In this document: in pieces, positions 39,852 to 48,972 of the stretch
Layout of the letters: each line of letters opens with the position of its first letter
Position numbering within the stretch: position 1 is the first letter of the stretch
IMG/VR virus record: IMGVR_UViG_3300007754_000852
DNA: 64,000 nucleotides
From: a virus
Lineage: Duplodnaviria; Caudoviricetes
Reading direction: 5' to 3' (one strand)
The notes under the pieces: generated by a model
What the model was told of the DNA's origin: nothing
Database searches by the model: none
What the model saw: only the letters and a program-made list of their open reading frames with translations
Translations under genes and position numbers: made by a program

Positions 39852-40681
39852 ATTTTAACGATTAGACTTGATATAAATTTTTCACTATTATTTTTTGATG
39901 TATCATTTTTCTTAATTTTATTAAAAAAATCAATTATCTCACATTTAAACGATTCATTTCTTGGTATTCTTCTTTGATTAAAATCATATGTCACTGTTTC
40001 ACCATGATGATATGTTAGCTTTAAATGACACACAGACTCCTCTTTATCCATTTTGGCAAAATATGACACAGGCACACCAGAACAGTTAAGCTGTGCAAAA
40101 AATGAGCTATCTCCGGGTATATCAAGATTATACTCTTTCTCAAATGACATTAAATCAAATGAACCAAATAGCTGATATATGAGATCTAAACCATGACAAA
40201 GTGTTAGGGAAACACCGTCTATTGCTGGATATGTCTCATGATAATCTTCCCATGAATGCCAGTTCGGAAGAAAGTCTGAATGATACCATTCGATGTGAGC
40301 TACGTTAGATGTATTGATCTTCTTAAATAATTCATGAAATCTAAGATTAAAGCCTACCTGAAAAACCTTATTTGAAATATTATCTAGGGCAGCTATCTCA
40401 TCCTCTCTTATAATTGCAGGTTTTTCAACAAAAATATGCTTATCTAAAAATTCTCTTATGTAGCTTTCATGAGTATTGCTTGGTGTGCAAATTATGACAA
40501 CGTCTGGATTCCATGTTTTTGCCTCACTGATGTCGGAAAAGTAAGTTGCAAATTTAAAATCACTCTCTCTTTTTTGCCTTAAGAATGCTATTTTCATAGT
40601 GTGAGGAAGAGAAGTTACTATGTTCGTTGCATGCCGAATTGCTGTAGACCCGTGCCCTATTATTAATACCTTTTCTTCCAC
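39839..40681 (-). CDS. Gfo/Idh/MocA oxidoreductase (PtmF/ElaA-like)
   Basis: IIGHGS, IICTPSNTH, FVEKP, VGFNLRF, WEDY, CHGLD. Confidence 0.8.
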   Translation of the reverse strand: MEEKVLIIGHGSTAIRHATNIVTSLPHTMKIAFLRQKRESDFKFATYFSDISEAKTWNPDVVIICTPSNTHESYIREFLDKHIFVEKPAIIREDEIAALDNISNKVFQVGFNLRFHELFKKINTSNVAHIEWYHSDFLPNWHSWEDYHETYPAIDGVSLTLCHGLDLIYQLFGSFDLMSFEKEYNLDIPGDSSFFAQLNCSGVPVSYFAKMDKEESVCHLKLTYHHGETVTYDFNQRRIPRNESFKCEIIDFFNKIKKNDTSKNNSEKFISSLIVKICNQ

Positions 40682-40682
40682 A

Positions 40683-41396
40683 CTATTTTCTCATTTTATC
40701 AAGATATGATATTAAAGAATCTTTTTCTATTGATCCTGTCGTCTCAATCTTTGACAACTGATCAAGTGTATCTACGTCAATTGTCATAGATGTCTCAAAT
40801 CCAAGCACCCTATCTCCAAACGTCTTTCCAGATGATATCGTTTTTCGTTTAACAATATCAATATATCCATTACCAATAAATGTTTTTGGAAATATCTGTC
40901 TTGGTAGATTTGTATAGTTTTTCATATTGTCAAAACTATCAAAAAACCCCCTGCAATACTTACCATCGACCCTTAAAAGCTTATATGGTGTCATTTGCAC
41001 CTCAGAGATTGTTCTTAGGCCCGTTGCGTCACCTTTGTTTTTGTTGAAAAAATCAATTACATCACACATTAATTTAGGATCTCTTATGGGTGTTGTTGGT
41101 CTAATAAGTGCAATTGATTCAGAATCAACATTATCAAAAAAGTGATTTAAAAATTCAAAGTCTGTTGATGTGTCAGATGCATACTCTGCAGGTCTTTTAA
41201 ATGGAATCTCTGCTCCATACATCTTTGAAATATCAATTATTTCATCATCGTCAGATGACACAATAACCTTGTCAATTTTTTCACATAGCTTACATGCAAT
41301 AATTGAATATGCAATAAGAGGATGACCACATACATCTCGTATGTTCTTCCTTGGTATTCCCTTACTTCCTCCTCTTGCAGGTATGAGAGCTATCAT
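40683..41396 (-). CDS. neuA: CMP-nonulosonate synthetase (acylneuraminate cytidylyltransferase)
   Basis: IALIPARGGSKGIPRKNI, VSSDD, FKRPAEYASD, LIRPTTPIR, IDVDT. Confidence 0.92.
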   Translation of the reverse strand: MIALIPARGGSKGIPRKNIRDVCGHPLIAYSIIACKLCEKIDKVIVSSDDDEIIDISKMYGAEIPFKRPAEYASDTSTDFEFLNHFFDNVDSESIALIRPTTPIRDPKLMCDVIDFFNKNKGDATGLRTISEVQMTPYKLLRVDGKYCRGFFDSFDNMKNYTNLPRQIFPKTFIGNGYIDIVKRKTISSGKTFGDRVLGFETSMTIDVDTLDQLSKIETTGSIEKDSLISYLDKMRK

Positions 41397-42133
41397 TAAA
41401 CGACTATCCTTGGTAAATCATATATGCTACTATCTGTGTTTACAAGAGCAATTTCTACATTCTTGCTAAGCTCTTTAACACGGACAGCATGAGGATAATA
41501 ATCATTGATCGTCCTTCTCTTTGTTGTTACAAGCCTATCTGACTGTGGATGGAAGTATTTGTGTGTTGCACCTCCGTCAAATCCAGACAGATATATCTTA
41601 GATGCTCCAAAAAACATAGCAAGCTCAATGCACCATATTCCTGTACTGTACCACTTGCTGCCGATAATCATTTCTGCATCAAATGTTGTCTCTGGTGTTG
41701 GACTATTTGCAACATAGATCTTGTTTGGCCTGTTGAGATCATTCCATTCACAAATTAATGCATCAAGGTATTCACTAACAGGAATGTCACCCACCCAAAC
41801 ATCTCTGTGATGAAGCGGATTTAATGAAAACCCCCGTTCATGACATAGTCTGTCTTTATTAGAATTATGAGCACTGACCTCTGTTATCATCTGTGAAAAA
41901 ATTATAGAGCTTTCTTGTAAGTTGACATTATTTTTCTTATACCACATAAGAGACAAAGGATCATGCAGCACGTGATAGTCAAATCGTGTATCGATGTTTC
42001 TATAGTTACATCCTAGAACTATCTTATCAGATATAAATGAATTTTTTAAATTTACAGATGAAGGACCTCCCCCAACTATGACTATTTGTTTGTCTAGCAG
42101 CGAACCCTCTAAGTCTCTAATGTCATTAAGCAT
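41396..42133 (-). CDS. Maf/DUF115- or GT29/GT42-fold putative sialyltransferase-like protein
   Basis: IVIVGGGPS, IVLGCN, STG...IELAMFFGASKIYLSGFDG; next to neuA. Confidence 0.6.
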   Translation of the reverse strand: MLNDIRDLEGSLLDKQIVIVGGGPSSVNLKNSFISDKIVLGCNYRNIDTRFDYHVLHDPLSLMWYKKNNVNLQESSIIFSQMITEVSAHNSNKDRLCHERGFSLNPLHHRDVWVGDIPVSEYLDALICEWNDLNRPNKIYVANSPTPETTFDAEMIIGSKWYSTGIWCIELAMFFGASKIYLSGFDGGATHKYFHPQSDRLVTTKRRTINDYYPHAVRVKELSKNVEIALVNTDSSIYDLPRIVV

Positions 42134-43058
42134 TTTCTTCCATGTGATCTAAAATTCTCTTACTTGTATTTCCTGAATAAAGATATTTTTCTTTTGCGTT
42201 TGGCTCGTATAATTCACTTAATATCTGATAGTCGTGAGCACAGACGTTTGTCATAGGTGTATTCATCATCACTGCTTCTTTTATTGACGATGTGTTTGTT
42301 CCAATAACCTCGTCTGCAATATACATTAATTCAAGAGTCGTTGCAGGATACCACATATCATACGTATGAAGATATCTTTCTACATGATGCTTAAGAAACG
42401 GATGCTTTCCTCTAGACTTAAGAATTGGAATTCTGCCCATTGAATATATTGAATTACAAATTTTATCTATATCTATCATCCCAAGTGTTTCAGGCCTTGG
42501 ATATAATATTAGCACATATCTTTGATCTTTGTCAATTCCATGCCTATTGCAAATTTTCTCTCTGTCAAAGTCAACATCATACTTTGGTGAACCCAAATAT
42601 AGATTCTTGCTATTTGTCTCTATATTTGCATCTAGACATTTTTGTGCTCCTTCGTGCCAGCTCCTTTGAGGTTTGTTAAATGTGTCCTTAAGCATGTCAA
42701 CAAACCACCGTGACGGAAATACAACATAATCAACATCATCAATATATCGATAATAGTGACTAATATAGTCTAGCATGACAGTAAGTGAATAGCAAGTCAT
42801 TTTACTATTTCGAATTAATTCAGACCCTTCAATCACGACCTGTATGTCACCCTTTGATCCCTCCTGTATGTTATATTTGCTCATTAGATTGGTAATTTGC
42901 TTTTTATTTATTTCATGTGAAGATCCGTTATATTTCCATCCAGGCTTGACATTAAAGAGTGATTTGTGTCCTCGGCTAGAAGCCTCCTTTACAAGAGGAA
43001 TAAAATATCTTAAAGCAACACAATCATGAAATGAAAATACAAGATTCACTTCGTACAC
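42126..43058 (-). CDS. GT-B fold transferase (CDP-glycerol phosphotransferase/sialyltransferase-like)
   Basis: YLGSPKYD, ILKSRGKHP, NTSSIKEAVMMNTP, C-terminal GNTSKRILD. Confidence 0.5.
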   Translation of the reverse strand: MYEVNLVFSFHDCVALRYFIPLVKEASSRGHKSLFNVKPGWKYNGSSHEINKKQITNLMSKYNIQEGSKGDIQVVIEGSELIRNSKMTCYSLTVMLDYISHYYRYIDDVDYVVFPSRWFVDMLKDTFNKPQRSWHEGAQKCLDANIETNSKNLYLGSPKYDVDFDREKICNRHGIDKDQRYVLILYPRPETLGMIDIDKICNSIYSMGRIPILKSRGKHPFLKHHVERYLHTYDMWYPATTLELMYIADEVIGTNTSSIKEAVMMNTPMTNVCAHDYQILSELYEPNAKEKYLYSGNTSKRILDHMEENA

Positions 43059-43732
43059 ACAGCAAGTATCATCTTTTCCTTTGAAAACCTTATAATCTTT
43101 CTGTCTAGTGTATTAGACATGTCAGATGTTTTCCACTTCATTGAGTCTGGAAGAAGTGCTACTATTGGCAAAAACATTTTCAAGAGAGGATATTTCCAGA
43201 CAGTCGGAATCTGATAAAATAGCTCTATTCTTTCTACTTTAAATCTATGAACCTTTAAACAATTCATTATTGACTTTATCGTGAACGGTCTCACATGTGT
43301 GAAATCATCATAAAAATTCTTCATCTGGCTTATCCAGTCAGGCGTCATGCATATAAACACACCGCCTGGCTTTAAAACTCGGTAGATCTCAGAAAAGAAA
43401 TTTTCTATATTGACAACGTGTTCACATACTGACTTACAAAATATCACATCAAAAAAGCTATCTGAAAACTGTAACTTCTGTGTTTCAAAATCATTTTTTT
43501 TTATTTCCATACCAGATATTTCAATAGGATCTTCATCAACTCCAAATCCGTCTGCATTTAGCTTTTTACAAAAGTACTTCAGATGCTCTCCTTTTCCACA
43601 CCCTATATCAAGAACTCTATCACACTTTTTAAATGAACAAAATCTTTCAATCAAATGATCACACAGCCTTTCTGAATAGCTGTTATTTTGATCCTCTGGG
43701 TAAACTATATCTAAATAGCTCATTTTATACAA
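43046..43732 (-). CDS. Class I SAM-dependent methyltransferase
   Basis: VLDIGCGKG, FDVIFCKSVCEH, RVLKPGG. Confidence 0.88.
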   Translation of the reverse strand: MYKMSYLDIVYPEDQNNSYSERLCDHLIERFCSFKKCDRVLDIGCGKGEHLKYFCKKLNADGFGVDEDPIEISGMEIKKNDFETQKLQFSDSFFDVIFCKSVCEHVVNIENFFSEIYRVLKPGGVFICMTPDWISQMKNFYDDFTHVRPFTIKSIMNCLKVHRFKVERIELFYQIPTVWKYPLLKMFLPIVALLPDSMKWKTSDMSNTLDRKIIRFSKEKMILAVCTK

Positions 43733-44352
43733 CTTAATAGAACATACATTTGAGGACTATCTTCCCACAATGTAATGATATCACATGTCACTGATTTAAA
43801 CAGACCAACGACATTCTCTATCTTGAGAATGCTAGGAACTTCGTCAAAAATTGCCTTCTTTACATCGTCATATCCAAATTTCTCAACCCAGTTTTCAAAC
43901 TTTTTAAACTCTGTGTGCTCTTGAAAAATATCGCTCCATACCGCTGACCACAGAAGGTTATCTTCACCGTAGCAAAATTCATGCTCTCCATCTTTTACCC
44001 AGCCTATTTTAAAGTTTTCAAACCTCCAAGAATCACCTAAGCTCCAATCAACTATTAGCTTTCCACCTTTATTTAATAGTGATAAACAATTTTCTAAAAA
44101 TTTATTAGGATCTTTTGCAAAGTAGGCACATCTTGTGCACACTACGACATCATATTTCTTATCGATACTCCAGACATTATCATTAATATTCCAGTTTTCA
44201 AGCTGGAGATCATAAAAGTCTCTTTCTCTGGCTGGAATTTCTCGAGTAAAATCATTCTCACCCGTAAACCCTAAGAATGCTATGCTATCTATAGGCCTTA
44301 GGTTCATATGGGTAAGATACCATCTAAAGATTATAGGATCAGACTTTCCCAT
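43720..44352 (-). CDS. Methyltransferase-fold protein (210 aa)
   Basis: Likely start MGKSDP at 44352. YDVVVCTRCAYF...LLNKGGKLIVD; motif I is atypical (IAFLGFTG). Confidence 0.55.
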   Translation of the reverse strand: MGKSDPIIFRWYLTHMNLRPIDSIAFLGFTGENDFTREIPARERDFYDLQLENWNINDNVWSIDKKYDVVVCTRCAYFAKDPNKFLENCLSLLNKGGKLIVDWSLGDSWRFENFKIGWVKDGEHEFCYGEDNLLWSAVWSDIFQEHTEFKKFENWVEKFGYDDVKKAIFDEVPSILKIENVVGLFKSVTCDIITLWEDSPQMYVLLSCIK

Positions 44353-45325
44353 ACTTTGCCTCTTTTTTAGCAAGCTTAAGATCATGCTCATACATCATTT
44401 CTGCAAGATTTTTAAATGATACCTTTGGCTTCCACTTGAGATTTGATCTTGCCTTATGTGCATCACCTTCAAGATGTGGAACCTCTTGCGGTCTAAATAA
44501 TCTTTTCTTTATCACAAGATGATCATCAACATCCAGACCAGCAAGGCTAAAAACTTCTTCTAAAAACTCTCTAACTGTATGTGTTTCACCAGTAGCTATC
44601 ACATAATCATCTGGTTCATCTTGCTGGAGCATTAGCCACATTGCCTCAACGTAATCTCCGGCAAATCCCCAATCTCTCTTAGCGTCAAGATTTCCTAGCT
44701 CTATCTTTTGTTGCAATCCCATCTTTATTCTTGCTGCTGCAAGTGTGATCTTCCTTGTTACAAAAGTCTCTCCTCTCCTGGGAGACTCATGATTAAAGAG
44801 AATTCCAGACGATATGTGCATATCATAAGCGTTTCGATAATTTCTAACAAGATGATGTGCAAATACCTTTGAACATGCATAAGGAGATGCAGGTGACAGT
44901 ATTGTTTCTTCATTTTGAGGAACCTCCGGATTATCACCAAACATTTCAGATGATGATGCCTGGTATACCTTTACATCCGATAACATTAGAAGACATGCAT
45001 CTAGAATGTTAAGAGTTCCTAGTGCAACAGTCTTAAGTGTCTCTTCCGGAACATCAAATGATACTCTAACATGTGACTGTGCAGCTAGGTTGTATATCTC
45101 ATCAGGCTGATATTCTTTTAGAAGATAATATAGCCTTCCTACATCATGAACATTTCCATACACTAAATTAAATCTATCATTATCTAAAAGATGATCAATT
45201 CTATCAGTGCAGATTGTCGACGTTCTTCTCTTCATGCCAGTCACCTCATACCCTTTATCTAAGAGTAATTCAGCAAGATATGAGCCATCTTGACCAGTTA
45301 TGCCTGTAATTAATGCTGTTTTCAT
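44339..45325 (-). CDS. gmd: GDP-mannose 4,6-dehydratase (copy 1)
   Basis: LITGITGQDGSYLA, YNLAAQSHV, YQASSSEMFG, SPYACSK, FNHESPRRG, LGNLDAKRDWG. Confidence 0.95.
   Translation of the reverse strand: MKTALITGITGQDGSYLAELLLDKGYEVTGMKRRTSTICTDRIDHLLDNDRFNLVYGNVHDVGRLYYLLKEYQPDEIYNLAAQSHVRVSFDVPEETLKTVALGTLNILDACLLMLSDVKVYQASSSEMFGDNPEVPQNEETILSPASPYACSKVFAHHLVRNYRNAYDMHISSGILFNHESPRRGETFVTRKITLAAARIKMGLQQKIELGNLDAKRDWGFAGDYVEAMWLMLQQDEPDDYVIATGETHTVREFLEEVFSLAGLDVDDHLVIKKRLFRPQEVPHLEGDAHKARSNLKWKPKVSFKNLAEMMYEHDLKLAKKEAKYGKV
44586..44656. repeat. Direct repeat copy A inside gmd-1 (62 bp exact, 44595-44656; 70/71 over 44586-44656)
   Basis: gctatcacataatcatctggttcatcttgctggagcattagccacattgcctcaacgtaatc is identical to 50842-50903. 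Confidence 0.95.
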
Positions 45326-46227
45326 TTTAAATTATTCTCTATGTACCAATCATATGTTTTTTTTGCTCCAACAGAAAACGGTGTGAAACAAAAGTTTTTA
45401 TCTAAAAGATTCAAAAGCTCACTATTGCTTCCATCCTTTCTAAATTGACCGTCTAAATTTCCGTTAAATGATATTTTTATATCTTTACCTGATATCTTAA
45501 TAATAATTTTTGCCATCTCTAAAACTGATAGATTTTCATCTGGTGAGACTATTATCGGAATGTCTGACTTGTGATTCACTAAAAGCTCTGGAATAATTCT
45601 ACAGAGATCTGTTACATATAGCTGCTGTCTCAACGGCTTTCCTGTTCCCCATAGCTCAATCGTATCTCCGCTTTTGGACTTAGCAATTTTAGAAATTAAT
45701 GAAGGGACAAAGTGAGATGACTCTGAGTCGAAGTGATCATCAGGGCCATATATGTTTGACGGACAAAATGTAGAATATTCTACATCATGCTGACTTCTAT
45801 ATGATAATGTTTGAATGTATAACATTCTCTTGCTATATCCATATGAAAAATTTGTCTTTGCTGGTGGTCCAGCAAGAATATCACTTTCTGTAAATGGGTA
45901 TGATCTCACAACATCTGGAAAAGCACACGTGCTTAAAGATGACAACAGTCTTTTGACACCTAGTTTATGTGCATTATGGATAATGTTTGTATTGATCATA
46001 ACGTTCTTATGAAAAAACGTCGCCTGATTCTCGAAATTATCTTTAATTCCTCCCACTCTTGCTGCAAGATGAACAACTGCATCTGGGCGTGTGTCAAGAA
46101 ACATCTGTCTTGTTGAATCATCACTAGTTAGATCATAATCTTTAGAAGAAACATACACCCAATCAGGATTGCTCTTTTTTAGGTTTTTACCTACAAAGCC
46201 ATTTCCACCTGTAACAAGAACTTTCAT
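45322..46227 (-). CDS. fcl: GDP-L-fucose synthase / GDP-colitose synthase (Fcl/ColC family)
   Basis: VTGGNGFVG, HLAARVGGI, LSTCAFP, YGYSK, PSNIYGPDD, WGTGKPLRQ, DGQFRK. Confidence 0.88.
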   Translation of the reverse strand: MKVLVTGGNGFVGKNLKKSNPDWVYVSSKDYDLTSDDSTRQMFLDTRPDAVVHLAARVGGIKDNFENQATFFHKNVMINTNIIHNAHKLGVKRLLSSLSTCAFPDVVRSYPFTESDILAGPPAKTNFSYGYSKRMLYIQTLSYRSQHDVEYSTFCPSNIYGPDDHFDSESSHFVPSLISKIAKSKSGDTIELWGTGKPLRQQLYVTDLCRIIPELLVNHKSDIPIIVSPDENLSVLEMAKIIIKISGKDIKISFNGNLDGQFRKDGSNSELLNLLDKNFCFTPFSVGAKKTYDWYIENNLK

Positions 46228-47372
46228 AATGATCCTAAGATAATCGTACTAACAAAGTCTATATCTTTCTTGTCTAGTTTATCGTGACACGGAATATAAA
46301 ATCCACTATTATGAACATTGAGAGCATTAGGAACATCTCTCTTTTTAATATTCCAAAAAGGTTGCTCCTGGATGCAACCACAGATTAAAGGTCTACACTC
46401 TACGTTATTTCTTATCAGATTATATACTATTCTTTCTCTATTTTCACTTATTATTCCAAACCCAAGGCTTGACACTATATCACTATCGCTCTTTTGTATC
46501 CACACCTTTTCATCTAAATTCTTTCTATATAGCTGATAACAGTTATTTCTATTTTTAACATTGTCATCTAATTTTTTTAACTGCATTCTACCAACAAATG
46601 CGCTTAAATCAGTTGATCTTAAGTTCATTCCAGGATATACGAATGTAAACAAGCTATCAAAATCACTAATATTGTTATCTGCTAGGTGTTTTTTTCTAAC
46701 ATCTTCATCCATATCTCTTGTCCACCCATGAGATCTTATTGACACAAGAATGTTCTTTAAAGCATCGTCATCTGTAGAGACCATGCCACCTTCAATTGTT
46801 GACATGTGATGTCCAAAATAGAATGAAAATGAGCTCATGAGACCGAAATTTCCAACCTTTTTACTGTTATATGTCGTGCCATAAGCCTCACAGCAATCTT
46901 CTAAAAGAATCACATCATATTTTTTGCATATTCTTAAAATTTCACTCATGTTGTTTGAATGTCCCAAAACATGAACAACTATTGCAACTGCAGGTTTTTC
47001 TTCTTTACAAATTTTTTCAAAATCTGACACTGATAATCCTAAATTATCGACATCACAGTCACAAATAATGGGATCATACCCAAGCAAAATCGCCGGTGAC
47101 ACAGTTGTGACCCAGCTAATTGAAGGAACAACAACTTTTTTATTTTTAAGCATGCCAGAATATAGAAGGGAGTGAAACATTAAAAAATTTGCTGATGATC
47201 CTGAATTTACAAATATTGAACTTTTTCTATTTTGCCACTGACTCCACTCACTTTCAAAACCAATTGTCTCCTGCCCCTTTGTAAGCCTTGGATTTGTTGA
47301 TAGCCAGGTTATTAAGCTATCAATATCTGACTTATCAATCGTATCTTTGACTAGATCAATTTTTTTATTCAT
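46224..47372 (-). CDS. colD: PLP enzyme of the DegT family with His at the catalytic Lys position; probable GDP-4-keto-6-deoxymannose 3-dehydratase (ColD)
   Basis: FVNSGSSAN, LLEDCCEAYG, SFYFGHHMSTIEGG versus SFQAIKHLTTADGG in the paralog at 56733; adjacent to fcl and gmd. Confidence 0.72.
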   Translation of the reverse strand: MNKKIDLVKDTIDKSDIDSLITWLSTNPRLTKGQETIGFESEWSQWQNRKSSIFVNSGSSANFLMFHSLLYSGMLKNKKVVVPSISWVTTVSPAILLGYDPIICDCDVDNLGLSVSDFEKICKEEKPAVAIVVHVLGHSNNMSEILRICKKYDVILLEDCCEAYGTTYNSKKVGNFGLMSSFSFYFGHHMSTIEGGMVSTDDDALKNILVSIRSHGWTRDMDEDVRKKHLADNNISDFDSLFTFVYPGMNLRSTDLSAFVGRMQLKKLDDNVKNRNNCYQLYRKNLDEKVWIQKSDSDIVSSLGFGIISENRERIVYNLIRNNVECRPLICGCIQEQPFWNIKKRDVPNALNVHNSGFYIPCHDKLDKKDIDFVSTIILGSL

Positions 47373-48083
47373 TTAGCTCGCCAGCTCCTCAATAAAGCAA
47401 AAATTAAACTCTTTGCTTGTTAAAAATTTAATTAATTCATCAGTGTGATTATCACTAAGATAATTTTTGTCCCACTCACATGCATGATATACTATTTCAG
47501 TATTTTCATATGCCATTAGCTCTTTGTTTGGAGGATAGCAGTTTGCATATACGACGTTTTTAAAAAGCTTATCATGCCCATCATAGCACTTTAATGCATA
47601 TTCTTCTTCAATCAGAGCGAGTGTTCTTATTCCTATTTTTTTACATGCATCAAATGATCCAGGTGACATTCTCCATGCAGGCGGTCTAAATATAGGTTTA
47701 AACTTATCAAACAGCCCTGCTCGCTTTACAACTTCAAACATTTTTTCAAGTACATGTTCAGCATCCTCGCTAGAAAGATCTCTAAATTCATCATTGTCAG
47801 AAATTCCAGGAATTCCATGATAAAATCCATGATAGCATATTTCAAAATTTCTATCTGGTAAGCCCATTAGGTCTTTACAAAAATTTGAAAAGAGATTTAT
47901 TTGAAATGGTCTTTCTGATGATACGCCTGGCGTCATTGTTCTCCAATATGACACCGGTACAAATAAACTAAACTTTACATCTGGAAACTTGTCAATTACT
48001 CTATTACATTTTTCAATAACTGCAATTGATGACATGGGATGAGGAGATACATCATCTATGCTTATGTTTAAGTTAAATTGCAT
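47373..48083 (-). CDS. Polysaccharide deacetylase (NodB/DUF2334-like)
   Basis: ISIDDVSP, ICYHGFYH, FRPPAW. Confidence 0.7.
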   Translation of the reverse strand: MQFNLNISIDDVSPHPMSSIAVIEKCNRVIDKFPDVKFSLFVPVSYWRTMTPGVSSERPFQINLFSNFCKDLMGLPDRNFEICYHGFYHGIPGISDNDEFRDLSSEDAEHVLEKMFEVVKRAGLFDKFKPIFRPPAWRMSPGSFDACKKIGIRTLALIEEEYALKCYDGHDKLFKNVVYANCYPPNKELMAYENTEIVYHACEWDKNYLSDNHTDELIKFLTSKEFNFCFIEELAS

Positions 48084-48970
48084 ATGATCTTTCCATATTC
48101 ATCTATGACATCGTCAATTGTTCTAGTATAAGACATTAACCTTTGTCTATACTTGTCATACTCACAAAACACATGATTGATTGACTGAATGAGAGACTCA
48201 TTGTCGTCAAACGATCTTCCGTAGCCTTCACAATACTCTGGTATACTTCCACCGTTTTCATGATAGACAACAGGTAAGCCTGCTGCCATTGCCTCAAGAA
48301 CATGATTAGCCCCTGCTTCCTCAACTGATGCCGTTAGATATATTCCTCCATGAAAAAGAAGCCTAGAGACTTCTTTCATAGGCTGTGGCGGAACGTGAGC
48401 AGCGTTTTTAAATGAAAATTTATCAGGAAGTCTTCCAATGAACGTGAAATTAAAGCTTAAATTTTCATCAATGAACTCATAAACATCAAATCCTTTTTTT
48501 TGATTTGTTGACCAGTGATGTGTTATAAGCGAAATAGATTCAGGATTTGATATAGAGTTTCTATTGCCATAAAAAATACTATGTGGACCGTTTTTGATGA
48601 CTGCACAATTATCACCGTCATACATCATCATGTTTTTTGCCCAGGTGCTTGGAAAGATTATAAAGTCAGAAAGTCTTATTGACTCACTTACGAGCCTAGT
48701 CAAATCTGGCTTTCCGTGAGTCCCAATATCTCCAACCCTTTGAATTATCTTTGATCCAAACTGCCTCTTATGATTAAGAAAGTCACCATACCAGACATTA
48801 TTGCTGTCAGGTCTAGGGTCGAAGCAAAAAATTATGTCTACATCGGCGTCAAGTGTATCAGAAACTATATAATCGTTATCTTTAAGATAGTCATACAGAC
48901 AAGATACGAATTTATTTCCGCCGCCCCAGGGACCTGTTACAGACTTTCTATTTATAAAAACTTTATTCAT
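48068..48970 (-). CDS. GT4-like glycosyltransferase
   Basis: GPWGGGN, IIQRVGD, EEAGANHVLEAMAAGLPVVY. Confidence 0.8.
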   Translation of the reverse strand: MNKVFINRKSVTGPWGGGNKFVSCLYDYLKDNDYIVSDTLDADVDIIFCFDPRPDSNNVWYGDFLNHKRQFGSKIIQRVGDIGTHGKPDLTRLVSESIRLSDFIIFPSTWAKNMMMYDGDNCAVIKNGPHSIFYGNRNSISNPESISLITHHWSTNQKKGFDVYEFIDENLSFNFTFIGRLPDKFSFKNAAHVPPQPMKEVSRLLFHGGIYLTASVEEAGANHVLEAMAAGLPVVYHENGGSIPEYCEGYGRSFDDNESLIQSINHVFCEYDKYRQRLMSYTRTIDDVIDEYGKIICNLT

Positions 48971-48972
48971 TT

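Noticed and set aside
43490-43510. A/T homopolymers of 8-9 nt (also near 492-500, 33644-33651, 48484-48491) as phase-variable tracts
   Set aside because: All sit in intact frames encoding Lys/Asn/Phe, which is expected in AT-rich DNA; no frameshifted genes are seen.
38327-44391. Longer starts in the ORF track for the HAD (38473), neuB (39234) and methyltransferase-like (44391) genes
   Set aside because: The extensions overlap upstream genes heavily. Downstream ATGs give ATGA or short overlaps, an SD, or family-typical N-termini.
46224-47372. Annotating this gene as an ordinary sugar aminotransferase
   Set aside because: The catalytic Lys position holds His, which points to a 3-dehydratase.
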